Shown here: positions 1 to 22,900 of the stretch, in pieces
How positions within the stretch are numbered: position 1 is the stretch's first letter
Layout: every line of letters starts with the position of its first letter
Origin: Daphnia carinata
Taxonomy: Eukaryota
Length of the DNA stretch: 64,000 nucleotides
Reading direction: 5' to 3'
NCBI RefSeq assembly: GCF_022539665.2
Contig: NC_081331.1
Span: 9,796,001-9,860,000 of the forward strand
The notes under the pieces: generated by a model
What the model saw: the letters and a program-made list of their open reading frames with translations, nothing else
What the model was told of the DNA's origin: nothing
The model's database searches: none
Translations under genes and position numbers: made by a program

Positions 1-589
1 CGGATGCGGGAATGAAACGTGAAATGAAAGTGGATGCAACAGGAATTGAGATTCAGTGATATAATGAAAAATTGGAGAATAGCGATGGTGAGGTACAAGT
101 GCGAGCAACGACGTGCTTCTTTTTTTTTTCATCCGATTGACTCTTGATTATCGCGACTATTATATTTGTGTTTTGAGTATGTGTTGAAGAGGGCGGCTTT
201 TATTATTATTATTATTTTTTTTTTGTCTTTGATTTGGCGATCGTGCCGAAAGGGCGTGACGTGAAATCCAGATCGGAAGACTGATGAAGGCAGAAGATCA
301 GGGCGGGACTACAAAAAGAGCCACAGCAATTAGTGGATGAAATTGGCTCCCCCGAGGGTGAAGGGCAGTTTGGTGTGCGAATGGTGAGGAATTCTCTGAT
401 TCAATTGCAACAACCGAGCGTGAATAAAAAAAAGAAACGACCATAAAAGATTGGATAGAAACAGGGGAAAAGCCAAAACAAAAGAGACATAGACAGAACG
501 CCTCACTGCTATAGACGGGAAAAAAACAAGAACGAGAACAATAATCGGTTTGCTACAACTGGGAAAAGGTTTTTTTTTTTTTTACTTAC

Positions 590-660
590 CATGTTAGCAG
601 AACGTCAGCTGAAGCTTTTCCCGTTCAGTCAGCCTCCACCGCAACTATCTATTTTTCTTC
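590..660 (-). other. Possible start-codon exon (ATG|gtaagt) of a minus-strand gene running off the left edge
   Basis: The minus strand reads ...ctgctaacATG|gtaagtaaaa, with ATG at 592-590 directly followed by a perfect donor consensus. No downstream coding exon is recognisable in the window. The upstream boundary is arbitrary. Confidence 0.3.
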
Positions 661-2444
661 AACCTCAATTTTTAGCCACAACCCTTTTACATTGTTACGT
701 CAGAAATTCGATTGGCCGGATTTGGCTTTGACAAATTTTGGGTACGCAATTATTAAGTTTGCATAATAGATCGTGTGTACTGCGTCAGCTTGATGATACT
801 GGAAAAAGGCAGCCACAAGCCAAACAAGTCCATCATCGATAAAGATCCGTTTTTTTTTCTTAAGGGCTATGTAGCTGAAATGGTTATAGACGGTAAACGA
901 ATGTTTCACGAAGCAAATAGGCAACTAATAACGTGAAAACAAGCGATAGATTGATAGATCTCGGAGACCGGCGATTGGAATAAAGGAAAGATGAAGTCTG
1001 TTTAGGGCGAGATTTGTGATTTTTGAATGTGAAAATTTGGGGAATAAACAAAAGGAAATGATGTAGAAGCCATTGAACCACATCTTGTATAAGCCTGTCG
1101 ACATCATCTCGTCGTTGAGGGATGCCTTTAAACAATGGAAGATCGAAGAGCGATCGGTTCATCCATGGCTACGAGGCGAACACAAACAAGAAACGGAACA
1201 AAAACGTAAAGGAACAACTCGACCGCGCCAACGGCCTATTGCTCTTCTCTGAACGTCGTCAAAGAAACCAACAAACCAACAAAACAAATAGAATTGGGAA
1301 AAAAAAAAGTTAGATTGAGGAACTCTGATGCCCATCCGATGTCTTGCGCAAAAGGGCGGAACCAAGAACCCTTCAGCTTTTTGCCATTGCTTTTATATAT
1401 TTTTTTTTTTTCGTTGCACTCGGAAGTTGGTCGTAAAACTCGCGTGTGTTCAAAGAGAACCAACTTGCAGCGCCCCCCTTAACAGTATTATATCGGTGCT
1501 GGTCTTGTTTTTCTTCCTGGGAAAGTCAAAACACTTTGTCGGACGAAGACGATCTGTTCTTTTTCAAAAGCTCCATCCCTATACTTAAACTGTCGACAGG
1601 AAAACGAGGGATAAAGAAAGAAGGGAGGAAAAATAAGGAAATGGCATGGCCAGCATTCGATATCGAATGTTTCTAACTTGATGGTAGTTGAAGGGACCGA
1701 TAGCAATCCGAATGGATTGGCGATGATAAAGACAAAAGCAAAGACGATTGAACTAAAGGCGGAAACCTTTCGGCAGACGTGCGTCCGCTCCATTGCGCCA
1801 AGTTTGTAAGCCATTCTTCGGCGGCTGTGGTATGGCTACTAGTGGAAGGCGTCTCCCGCTATGGCAGCGGCCAAGTGAAATTCGATTCGTGATTATATGG
1901 TGCGGGAAAAAAAAAGAAACGTGACACAAGGCGTTTCCATTCGTGTAAAGATATGAAGATAGGATGAGCTATAATGTCGATCATAAACGTCTGGATGATC
2001 AAGTCCATTCGAATTCTTCTGCTTATCGATGCCATCAGAAATTGTCTTGGTTGCAATCGAAATTCTACGTCATGCCGTGTCATGTGGGAAGAGTAGTTTG
2101 TCTTGTTTTCCTTTTGACTTGTCCCAAAATTGCGAAATACAATGATATCTTGTGATCAAGTTTTTAAAAGTTCACTGTCCTTTACAGGGGATGCTGGACA
2201 AAGACCGTAGAGTGTTGGAGTTATTTTCCTCTGTCCGTTCTCTTTCTCTTTTAACACACGCAATAACGTGTGCTGTTTCCTGATCGACTTGTTGCGCCTG
2301 TTTGCCATAGATTTTGATTGATTATGTTTCAAAGAAAACCAGAGGATTGCCTCGAGACTTTTGAAACTTTCGTTTCTTTAACCTTTGATTTCATTTTTTG
2401 CTCCGCTTTTCCATCTTGCAAAAGGCTAAATGTTTTTGCTCGTA

Positions 2445-2580
2445 CGAAAAAGTCGGGCTTATGTTTTCGGGCTTAAAATTTGGACTTGGGATTTAACGAA
2501 GCTATCTATCATAACGATAATGCATAAATTTTCCTTCAATTATGTAGCTTCCGAATTAAATGGATTCAAGGATCAAGGCA
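2445..2580 (+). repeat. Dispersed copy of the AAGTCGGGCTTA repeat family
   Basis: aaaaagtcgggcttatgttttcgggcttaaaatttggacttggga... aligns by eye with ~19005-19180 and shares its core motif with 17878 and 18251. Confidence 0.7.
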
Positions 2581-5041
2581 GAAGTAAACAAAACAAATAA
2601 TTGTCGCTGAAATAAGCCAAACGTTTTGATAGGAAAGTAAATACACTATTTAAATCAAACATGTTTCTAGCTTGTCCTTTTCGTTTTCTTTTTTAAGGCA
2701 ATGACATCCCACTTCTACTCATAGCCAAAACACGAATCCCATGAATGCAAGCGAACTTTCACGGTACAGTTTCAAACGTTACTTTTTGATGGACAGCTTT
2801 CTATAGATAACACAAGAGTTGATACTATATTCAGCACTTTGCTTAACGTTGTCCTCTATTGCAAATATCTACGAATAAAAGAAGGGTATAAGGCCTTTTG
2901 GGTAGTGAAATTTAAGGTACTGTGTCAATATTTCTTCATTCAATGGTCTCGGAAAGAATACCAAACCGACTCTTTTCAACTATTGTCTGTGTCTTTTTTT
3001 TTTCTTCCCTGTTTTTCATTTCATTTGATGTCAGACATATTTGCTCCCACTTGTATGGAATGTGCGTCTCACAGCAAGTATTGCAGCATGCGATGCAAGG
3101 ACAGTGACTCGGCTTCTCATCATTTTCAGCTTAATCATTGTCGCCTACATGATAATAGTGCAAGCGTGAGCCATCGCCCACCACCTGACATTTAGCAAAT
3201 TTTTTTTTGCACGCCCGCGTGATTTGTTAGCCCTTCTCGTGATGACATGCGACTAGTGGGCGAACGCTTTCCCTTCACTTTCACCGCCGCCATTTCGTAT
3301 CCCTTTCATGTGACATTGATCTTAGTTACACAACGGTAGCGCAAACAAAGACGCCACGTTTGATAAACCACATGAAAAGCGTGACAATCATGAGAATGAA
3401 ACGCAGTTTTCTTTCAGCGAATCAACGTGGTCGTGTTGTCAGCAATCAGATGTCTCACCGCCTCAAATTATGCAAACGTTCGTGTGTGACGCATTAGCGG
3501 AAGTCTGTACATCATTTGCATCATTTTGGAATTCTGAAGAAATGAATGTAACCTTAATTCGACAGTAAATTCAGTAAATCCTCCTCTGCCTGAAGCCTTT
3601 GTTAGTAGTTGTTATTTGATTTTCTTCCAGAGTTGACTCTCTTTGCCATCTAACGAGAAAGAAAAAAAGGAGATTCACGCTTCCCGAAAAGAAGCTAGCG
3701 TGAACGAACGATATGGCGAACGAAAGCGTGCTCATAGAGCATTGCCGACTGTCCGGTATAAAACTGTAATGATTCTAATAAATTGATGATCGAGTCCTTA
3801 TCGAAAAAAGAGGTTTTTAAAGTTAATTCCAACTGCACGTATGGATCAAATTTTATTACGAATAATGCCCCCCTCCCCCCGAGCAGGCGTGAAAGGGCAT
3901 CCACATATTGCACTAACGAACCTAATGACAGAGCTCCTTTCGTGTTAAAACGACCATAAAACGTCGGCATCCATATAAAGCAGAAATGAACTTTTTTGTC
4001 ACGGAATTATGGCGACAGAAAGACTGAGGAGGAAAAAAAAACTCAAATGAGACATGGATAAAGCGAGCATATAAGGGTCGCAAAATTATTCTCTTGGCCA
4101 TTTTGAGTTTAAGGCTCGTTATATCACCCGTTCTTAACGACGGTGATGAATTTGTCTCTAACTCTCGTGTTTGTCCAGTGACATTAATGTGCATAACGCA
4201 ATTCGGGTCTAACCCCGTCATGAACGCGCGACAAAGCCTTTGTTTCTGATAGGCGGATGAATGGAGCAGTTAACTCCATTCTTTGATTAATTATGCTTTT
4301 GAATTCAAATGGGAAACGTGTCGAATCTCAACGTTTAGTGCCATCCTTGCGCTTAGCTTCTACTATTTAAATAAGAACTGAATCAAGTGGGTTAGTTCAT
4401 AATGTTGCGAGTTGCAAATCCCGTCACGAAGCGCAAACTTCGTTGTCATTTCTGGATGCAGTAAAGTATGGCGGTAGATAGGAAATCAATCAACTCGTAG
4501 GGGTATGTGAAAGAGAGGAAATATTAAACCTGACGTACTCGTAGTCAAAAGAGTACAAAGGCGAGAGACGGACAACAACCAAAAATCTGAAAAAAAAAAA
4601 TGAAACTGTCGTGTCGCCTGATTTTTATCGCAATCATCAAACCCGTCGACTAGATCACGTGAACTGACGTGTCCCTTTCGATGAAGCATAGATCCACTGC
4701 ACGGTTTTGTCAGCGCAAAAAAAAAAAAAAAACAGCCATTTTTCACCGTCTCTACTCCCCTATCTGGTGCTGTTGTTTGAAAAATCGAGGCAGGAAAAAC
4801 CGAAACAAAAACTTTCTAAAAAAAGAAAAAACATAAATAAATATAAAGAGTAACCAAATTTTGTGTACCCGCATAGATGATATTGGTATACCGCTATCGC
4901 CGTATTTACATTTTTCATGCCGGGAACGCGCTGGCTTAGAGAGAATTGATATTGTAACCATAATATTATTTTCCATTCTTTCTTGGAGGTGAGCCTAAAA
5001 CCTTGTTAGGAAGTCAAGTAGATCTATTTGATCTTTTATTC

Positions 5042-5050
<9 letters not shown>

Positions 5051-5075
<25 letters not shown>
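5051..5075. repeat. (TG)12 microsatellite
   Basis: Read directly from the sequence. Confidence 0.95.
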
Positions 5076-7032
5076 CTCATCTAATATACCTACTGGTGCT
5101 GTCGTTTTCTATTGACTTTCTTCACCCTTTTATGTTTGTTTATCCATTACAACCGCGGACGAGTATTATTTGGCTAGTCGCCCAACTCTTTTTTGCTGAT
5201 TCTCTTCCGCCCCAACGGGCTACCGTATATTTAGAACCTTAGAACCAATTGCCACGGAATCAAAAACAATCAGCAAGCATTAAATCTTTTTTATTTACTG
5301 GCGAGGCAGCTCACGAGACGAAGACACATTAATACCATTTACTTTCTTTTGCTGACGCGCAAGCGAGGCGTATAACTTTGGGCATCGGAATGGGTGTGGT
5401 CTTATGTGACATCAATGAATCCTTATACTTCCATTCTTCAAATGCGGACAGAATTGAATTTCGCCATTCAATGCGCATAACTTTTGAAGAGCGATGTCCA
5501 TTTATCGTAATTTCTTTGGCCAGTTATGTTGACGCAAAATTTCCAACTGTGTTTTCTTGTTCGGTCTCACCCACTAAGAATACGCTACTAAGAATATGAA
5601 GATCGTATGAGAAGTAGCGATTGGTTCATGACTGAATTGAAAAACCTAACAATGTCAAGAAAAATGACATAGAATAAAAAGATTAGACATAAGTTCGGAA
5701 ACGTCAAATTGAAACATTCGATCCTGATTTTTCGGATTGACTTTAAAACTCATGCCTTGAAATGGAGGTGTAAGATTGGATAGGAAAGTGAATAGGTTCC
5801 CGAAGTCCACAGAAAATGACGTTTCAAATCACTTTGTCAAACTACTCGACTCATTTGTGACGGCAATCGAATCAAACCATGAGTTTCCTTGACTCTTAAT
5901 AAATCAGTTAACCTTAAACGAAGTCAATCACAAAATAGATTACGCGTCAAGGCAAGTCTTAATTATCCTACGGCACTGTCCATTATCCTGACGGCTGACG
6001 GACTGTCAACGGGAAAATCTTTTTGGGTGAGGAGGCATCTACTTGTATTTGATTTGCAAATGCGATTGGATGGACGCCAAGGACGGAAAAGTGAAACCTG
6101 AAATCATAAATTCGTCTGGGTCATTTCCATTTAACGAGGGTGAAGACGTCCAGTACGCTAATAAAGACAAGGCAAATCTAACCTATAAAAAATGAAATGG
6201 ATCCTTACAGCGAAATGCGGTCGTCAATCCTTTTAGATGTACCCAGTATATCGTCTCCCCTGGAATTAAATGTACATACAAATGCACAATAAAAGAACTA
6301 TATTATACCTTGAGGCTAGATATATGAAGGTAATTTTCTTTTCAGAATTTTATTACCAACTATTCCCCAACAATTTTTGCCTCGTCTTACTATTAGATAA
6401 CAAATTCGGCTCACCACAGACCCAGTTTCTATTTTGCTAGGTGAATCACGCACTGTTACGGTTGTGTGGCTCAGCTAAATCAATTAAAAGACGGTATGTA
6501 TCCACTCTGCCGAAGGCGTGTACACTATTGTAACTGTCCCGACATCTAAAATCCCGGTAAATTCGAAAGACGGGAGTTCGTTTTTGTTATTTGGATGGCT
6601 GTGCGACGTGATAGAAAGCAGCGGTTAATAATGACAGTCATTCCTTCTCTGACGTATGGGACAAATAATGAAGATTAATGTTCACGGGAAGACATCAGCA
6701 CTTTGTACGATCGACTTTGCTCATGCGCCACAAGCCCTTGACTACTCAATGAGAACAGCCGGACTGTCGTGGGCTCAAGCGAGTGTGGGAAATCCACGAC
6801 TGGGCCAGTTGCACGTGATTGTTGATCCTGTGCGGAGGTGGTTCCTTTTCGTCTGTGGCCCTGTCTTTGCGCAGGAAGTGAGGCAACATAAAAAACGATA
6901 CACAAAAAGAGCAAACGCAAACATTTTTTTTTGAAAAATCTTGTGAAATTTGAAAGAGCAAAGAGGGAGTAATCGTTTGTTAACTTGTTGTTGATCTCTT
7001 GTTTCCTTGAATGGTTCAATGCTGAGAGAAAA

Positions 7033-17171
<10,139 letters not shown>

Positions 17172-17877
17172 GCAAAATTCTCAATATTGAATCCCTAAAA
17201 ATGATCACATGATTTGAATAAACTGTTTTCCCTTATAGTGTAGAGTGTACGCTTTTCGGTGAAGGCTCACAACATCGAGCTAAACATTGGCAAAAACGAT
17301 AGATTGAATCAGACATGCCGAAATGAACTGACACAACAGTTTCTATCATTACAGTATAGATCTTCAGTTCATGACGAACGACTTTTTATGTAAGAATAAA
17401 AGATTATATACTGGAGAGGGTAATCTGCATTTCATTCAAGCCTCTAGGGTTCTCAGTATCATATTACATTACGAAAAGTTTGACAAAAGAAGCATGCCAA
17501 GTGATTGAATGTGACAAAAGCCTCTTATCTTATCATGGCTTTGACCGTCTAAGTGGCCTTTTACTTTTGTTACTGTAATAGCGACATTTTGTATCGATTA
17601 CTTGGGATTGTATGGAAGCCAAGGGTTTCGTACGTGACCATCTTGTGCATCTTACTTTTTTTTATTTGGTTGTCAGTAAAAAAAAAAAACATTTCAAAAG
17701 TCTGTTTCGAAATTCGATTAGTTTGCGAGGCTAGGAAAATTTTAAGATCCTGACGGTGAAACATAGTTTTAACACAACAACTTTAAATACAAATCTTATG
17801 TTAAAGTTTGAACATGAATCATGTATTTATTTTAGCAATATCTAGGGTTTTAACAGAGAAAATAAAAATAAAATAAA

Positions 17878-19180
17878 AAGTCGGGCTTATTTTGTCGGGC
17901 TTAGTTTTTTTTTTAATTTTGTTTTAGAATTGGAACACTTTGTTTTATTTTATTTTAAAGGTGGTTCGTTTAACAAAAAAACAAATCAGTTCATCGAACT
18001 CAGCGTTCAATTTCGATTACGCCGTGTCATTTTCATCTAATTCCGAGGGATATCGTTTTTGGTCGATTTTCACAAAAGTGGGAAGGCTATGCCTTCTCAC
18101 TTTTTCATTTTTGGCTAAATTTCAAATTTTGTTTAAAATACATCATTTTGATTCGAAATTGAATGGTAATCCCGGAAATCAAGTTTATTTTCCAATAATC
18201 CTTATGGTTCTTTAATTAAACGTAAAAAAAAACAAAAAAACAAAAAAAAAAGTCGGGCTTATTTAGTCGGGCTTAAGAAAAATTTCTGGAGAAACTGACA
18301 CTCATCAGAATTGGTTGAATATCACAAGATATATTCAAAATTGAAAGCTGATTCCGAAAAAATAACTATTTTTTTTCATTAAGTCAATCGTTTTTGAAAT
18401 ACACAGAATTTTAACGCAATGCTAACGCGCCAGTACGCTATAGCGCTAGCGCTATGCAGCGAAATATTCAGTGTATTTCCAAAATGGTTGACTTGAAGAA
18501 AAAGATAAACAAATTTTCGGAATCAGCACTCAATTTTGAGTATATTCCGTTATATTCAACCAATTCCGACGAGTGCCGGTTTTTGCAGAAAAAAATTTCA
18601 AGCCCGACTGAACAAGCCCGGCTAAATAAGCCCGACTCCTATTTTTTGCAAAATATTTGGTCGAATATTTGGTGTAATTCAAAAATAGCTAACTTGACAA
18701 GAAAACGAGTGGCTTTTTTCTGAATTAGCGTTAAATTTTGATTATTCTGTGTGCTTTTCATCGAATTCCAAGAGATGTCATTTTTGGCCGATTTTGACAA
18801 AAGTGGTAAGGCAATAGCCTTCTCACTTTTTCATTTTTGGCCAAATTTCAAATTCTGCTTAAAATACATGACTTCAACTCAGAATCGAATAATGATTACG
18901 GAAATCAAGTATATTTTTCCATTGGACTTATAGTTTTTGAATTAAACGTAAAAAAACAAAAATTAAGTTGGGCAACTAACAACACTTGAAAAATGCAAAA
19001 TCGTTGAAAAAGTCGGGCTTACTTTTTACGTCCAATTTTTTTTGTGAAAAAGGTCTGGGTTAAAATTTTGACTTGGAATTCACTGAAAGCTAACCATTGA
19101 TAACCTAAGTAGAACGTTGATTCTCAATAAAATATTAGTTTTCCGTTAATTATATAGCTTTTCTAATAGCACGGAATCAA
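17878..19180. mobile_element. Composite AT-rich repeat: ~390-bp foldback (18251-18637) flanked by ~200-bp direct repeats (~18034-18230 and ~18758-18957)
   Basis: The arms match in reverse complement, e.g. agtcgggcttatttagtcgggctt / aagcccggctaaataagcccgact and atatattcaaaattgaaagctgattccgaaaa / ttttcggaatcagcactcaattttgagtatat. No transposase ORF. A related copy lies at ~2450. Confidence 0.7.
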
Positions 19181-19964
19181 AGTGGCTTTTATCGTAACCA
19201 ATTTGGATTCGAATAACTCATTAACTATGAATCCTAAGTGGATGCACTTAGGAGCGCTTTAATTGCTTGAAGGTGGATTGACACGAGTTGGTGGTGCAGG
19301 TTTTCCAAAAAAAAAAAAACTACGGAAATAAACGGTCACCTTGGGAGCCCGAGTTACCCATTAAAAAATGGGTCAAATGGCGTTTCGTATGAGATGGTTT
19401 GACTAACTAACAAACTAAAAATAATTCATGGTTTTGCCCGGCTGTCTCCAACCAATCGAAACAGCTCGCAACACTTCTCCTGATGGCCCTTGTCTTGCTG
19501 GATATAAAAACTAGAGCGATATCTGATGAAATAAGATCATAAAAGACTATTTCCTAAACTCAAAGACCACATTCATCAACGACAGAACTAGGTGCATTTC
19601 ACACCAGCTGGGCAGAGCAAAAACGTTAAATGTTAGCAACCAGAAGCCCAAACGGGGGCAGAATTTAAAGACACAGGAGCAACAGGTATTCCACTCACCT
19701 CATCCATCTTCCATTGTTAAAAAAAAACAAATTCCATTTTTCTATTTCGGAAGATCAAGATAACATAAAGTTTACTATTTATCTGATTTCCATCAGATTC
19801 CGCAAAAATCAAATGGGCAGAAAGCTGTATTGGACAAATAATAATCAATTTATTCAAACGTATCGTGTCGAAAAACCTGCATGAGCGACACGGACAAGCG
19901 CAAGATGGCAGCGTGCCACGGTAGTTAACGTGGCCTACTATCGGAAAGGCGATCACGCTATCGA

Positions 19965-22900
19965 TCAGTTTAGTACAAGATTATCGATGACATGGAGAAC
20001 GCCATTGGTCAAGGTGATATCACGCACGGCAATACACGGCGTGTTGATTCCTGAATGACTGATTCCTACGCAATTCGCGTCGCGGCGGACTGTCAAGACT
20101 TGGCCGTCGAAGGTGAACAGGTGATCGCCATCGATCAATCCAGACACGAACCATGTACCTCGAACGACATGGCGCCTCAATATTTCTGATAAAGGAAATT
20201 TTGATTAAGCAGAACGTATCAAAAAAATATTCTAGGTCAAAAAAGAAGGGGAAGCTTTATTACCTGTCAATTTAGACGGACTCGAACCGACAAGTAATGC
20301 GTCCAGCACTGGGCCATCAGCTGGTAGGAATGCAGTCAACGATACAGATTCTAAAAAAAAAATCATTAATGGTATGCTAGTTGGCATTTTTTTGGCAAAA
20401 GGTTAATGCAAAAACATGATTACTGTTCGTAAAAGCTGGATCTGCTACACTTTGCAGCATGGAAAAGGCAGTTTGTAAGGCAGGTGTCCATTTGACAACC
20501 GAATAAAAATCTCCCAAAGGTGGAAGAAGTACGGAACGAACGACATGGACCACCCCGTTAGACGCCAGTTCATCCAAATTAGAAATTTGGCTGCCAGATG
20601 CGGTGTACCACTATTTAGAAATAGAAATAGAATAACTTGTTTATGCATCCGTGGGCTAGTAAACAAATGAATCCACTTACGCTGGCCCATCCGTCCGTGT
20701 AAAAATTGATGTGAATAGGACGATTTTCGTACAGGGATGGCAGTTTCTCGTCGTTGATCAACTGACGTCGGGTCGCGTTAGCCTGGACGATGTGGTACGA
20801 AAGGATTTGCCTCAGTAGAACCGGGTCGTCGATGATATGGTCGAAGATCTCCTTAGGTAGGGCCTGCCACGCCTGGTTATCAGGTGCAAACACCGTCCAC
20901 GGGCCTTGAACGAAAATGTGGTCGTTGTGAACGCGGATAGGGGGACACACAAACGAGAAAAAAAGAGAAACTCGACGCTGTCTAACGTCTAACTCGATCA
21001 CCTTGGCGAGTAAGAGTGTCCATCAAATGGCTGCGTTCAAGCAGCGCTAGAAATGTCGACGCTCCCAAACTCTGCAGAATGGCTATTACATTGTCCTCGG
21101 TTTGCCACGTCAGCTTCACAGCGTGCGCAAAGTTGTCGATGTTGACTAACAACTCGAGTGGAATGCTACACACCCAGCGGGAGGTTTCGGTTTAGTCCGC
21201 ATAGATGAAAAAACAAATAAAAAAAAGACGATTATTCCGCCATTATTTTTATGTATGTTACATGGTGAATTGGTGTTGAAGTCTAATAAAAAAAAAAAAC
21301 GAAAACAGTTTTCTTCCATACTTGGCTTCGGTTAGCGATTGGTCCGACTCCTCGATGAACGGCACAACCACAACATCGGTGTCGAAAGTGTTTTGGTCAA
21401 TTTCGTTGGTTCGGATCGATGGGTCGTACTCGAAACTTGCCAGGAGATCTTCTTCCGAAACTCTTCGAAGGCTAATACTATGATTGGATTTAATATTCTC
21501 GACATGCTGGCCTTCACCGGACGACAGCCGTTGCTTGAGAGTGGGGCAAGAATCCATCAAGTGCGGACGATCCATCAGCCCGTCGATGATATGCACGACT
21601 CCGTAATCGGTCTCAATGTTGGCTCGCAACACTTCCACTCCGTTGGCTGTTTTTATTGCAGATGTTTTTGCGGTTAAGCGTAAAGAAAGAAAAAGCAAAA
21701 CAATGGCACGTAAAGTACAGAAATTATACAAGGCTGCGTCATCAATCATGCGAGTATTGCGCAACGAAACAAAAGAAGACGCAGCGAAAGCATGTTGGGC
21801 AAAAAATGCTGCTTTAGGCATTATTTTAGAACACAACGAAAAATGGTGTCTTTTGTTTGAAGAAACAAGGGGAAACCTTTCTTTTGTGCCCTGGTCTCAA
21901 ATGGATATGTCCCCACTGAACTGACATCCCACGGCCCTTTTGTCTCCGCATTCCTCTATTCTAACTGTTTCACATAATTTGATGAGGCTTTTCTGTGAAC
22001 GTGGAGAAACGGACGCCCGCTAATACTTGTCACCTATCAAGCCTGTGCAATCACGAATTATTGAGCAGCTCTACGACAACGTCACCTTGAAGTCTTTCAC
22101 GAACTGATTAAGGATATAATCACGAGTGTAAAGAAAACTCTCGGTGGACGTTTCTCTTTGCCCTTTTTTCTTCTCCTCTTTTCTAGAGCCTATCGTAGTA
22201 ATGTCTGCTTTTTGATGGTCGCCATTACAAATAGGAAAAGAAGATGCAAAAAGGAGCGCTGCAACAAGGAGGTCGACTCCTTGAAACTTGGAGGGATTAT
22301 TTATTTATTTTTTTGCGCGTCTGTGTGCGCGCATGCCGGGTTCAAACTGGGCACGACGTCGACTTTTTTTTTTTTTTTTTTCTCACATTGAATAATAGAC
22401 AAACCTTGGAAATCAGCCAGGAAAAAAAAAACTCTCTTTCACGTCGACTATCTCATCCTACGACTGTCGACGATAAGCGAGGCTACGCGGAGCTATATAA
22501 ACTGTATGCCATATTTCGGTATAGAATAAAAAACGAAGTAGCATTTCACGATATTAAAAGAAAAGGCTGGCTGCACGGAGATTGAAGCTTTTCATGTCTG
22601 GGTCAAAGAAGACTTGAGCTTTTTTTTTTTTTTTTGCTAATTCAGTCCATTGTAGCCCATCATCGTTTTATGGTTAGATGCGTAGAATAGACGTTCAAAA
22701 TTCCCCACTTTCGCGCGCGCGCACGAGGCTTCGTTCAAAAAAGAGACTATATAAATGCTATAACGGACTCTATCGATATAGAAAGCATTTTATCACAGCG
22801 ATAGACCAAAAGATGCTAGGGCCATTTCGGCGCTGTATAAAGTCATAGCCATAATATTACCTTCTTTGGCGCAGATGAACACTGGCGAGTCCTCGAGTGA

